A DNA stretch of 64,000 bases from the NCBI GenBank assembly GCA_963842085.1, contig CAWJET010000001.1:3008001-3072000 (forward strand), written 5' to 3'. This stretch comes from an uncultured delta proteobacterium (GTDB lineage Bacteria; Desulfobacterota; Binatia; Binatales; Binataceae). The notes under the pieces are model-generated. The model made no database searches and was not told where the DNA came from. It saw only the letters and a list, made by a program, of their open reading frames with translations. A program made the position numbers and the translations under genes. This document shows, piece by piece, positions 63,649-64,000 of the stretch. The stretch's first letter is position 1; every line of letters begins with the position of its first letter.

Positions 63649-64000
63649 ATGAAAGCGGCAGTAATTAAAACATTCGGCAAGCCACTAACTATCGAGGATC
63701 TCCCGAAGCCACAACCCGGCCCCGGCCAGGTGGTGGTCAAGATTGAGACTTCCGGCCTTTGCCATACCGATATCCACGCCGCCCACGGCGACTGGCCCGT
63801 GAAGCCCAAGCTCCCGCTGGTGCCGGGGCATGAAGGCGTTGGAATCGTTGAGCGGCTTGGCCCCGGGGTTTCGGAGGTGAAGGAAGGAGATCGCGTCGCG
63901 ATTCCGTGGTTGGGCTACGCGTGCGGCGCATGTGAGTACTGTGGGTCGGGTCGGGAGACGCTGTGCGAGCAGCAACTATGCACTGGCTATTTCATTGATG
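63649..64000 (+). CDS. Zinc-dependent alcohol dehydrogenase (AdhP-like), truncated by the window end
   Basis: Manual translation MKAAV...[31 protein letters not shown]...ACGACEYC...ETLC. Confidence 0.92.
   Translation, partial: MKAAVIKTFGKPLTIEDLPKPQPGPGQVVVKIETSGLCHTDIHAAHGDWPVKPKLPLVPGHEGVGIVERLGPGVSEVKEGDRVAIPWLGYACGACEYCGSGRETLCEQQLCTGYFID

Overview
GC-rich bacterial window in three parts. (1) 1-5635 is host chromosome: a partial Re-citrate/isopropylmalate-synthase-family gene, an LLM oxidoreductase, an acetoacetate-decarboxylase-family gene, an alpha/beta hydrolase, an RRM protein and a trypsin-like protein. (2) A ~30.4 kb integrative mobilizable element sits in tRNA-Asn(GTT). Its 48-bp att core is at 5667-5714 and is repeated at 36122-36169. 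It encodes a tyrosine integrase, an excisionase, a TrwABC-like MOBF module, a lone VirB2/TrbC pilin with DUF2274, and an ImmR/ImmA-like switch. Its cargo is envelope proteins (arylsulfatase, FadL pseudogene, DUF2092/3313/4410, many Cys-rich secreted proteins) plus a FixLJ-like system, and about 12 copies of a TTGGAC-N4-GTCCAA palindrome mark the cargo promoters. (3) 36170-64000 appears to begin with the left end of a second, related element. It carries an hmfABCE-like (furoyl-CoA) molybdoenzyme cluster with a CoA-transferase, a CarF-like desaturase, an orphan bufferin-like precursor and a sigma54/AcoR-controlled aldehyde dehydrogenase. It ends with a complete, divergent copper membrane monooxygenase locus (OM barrel-xmoC-xmoA-xmoB-pmoD-like-SCO-adh) transcribed divergently from an excisionase-HTH/MEDS regulator. 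Gene content is reminiscent of Candidatus Binatota, but this is an inference. All family assignments come from motif recognition by eye; no database searches were run.
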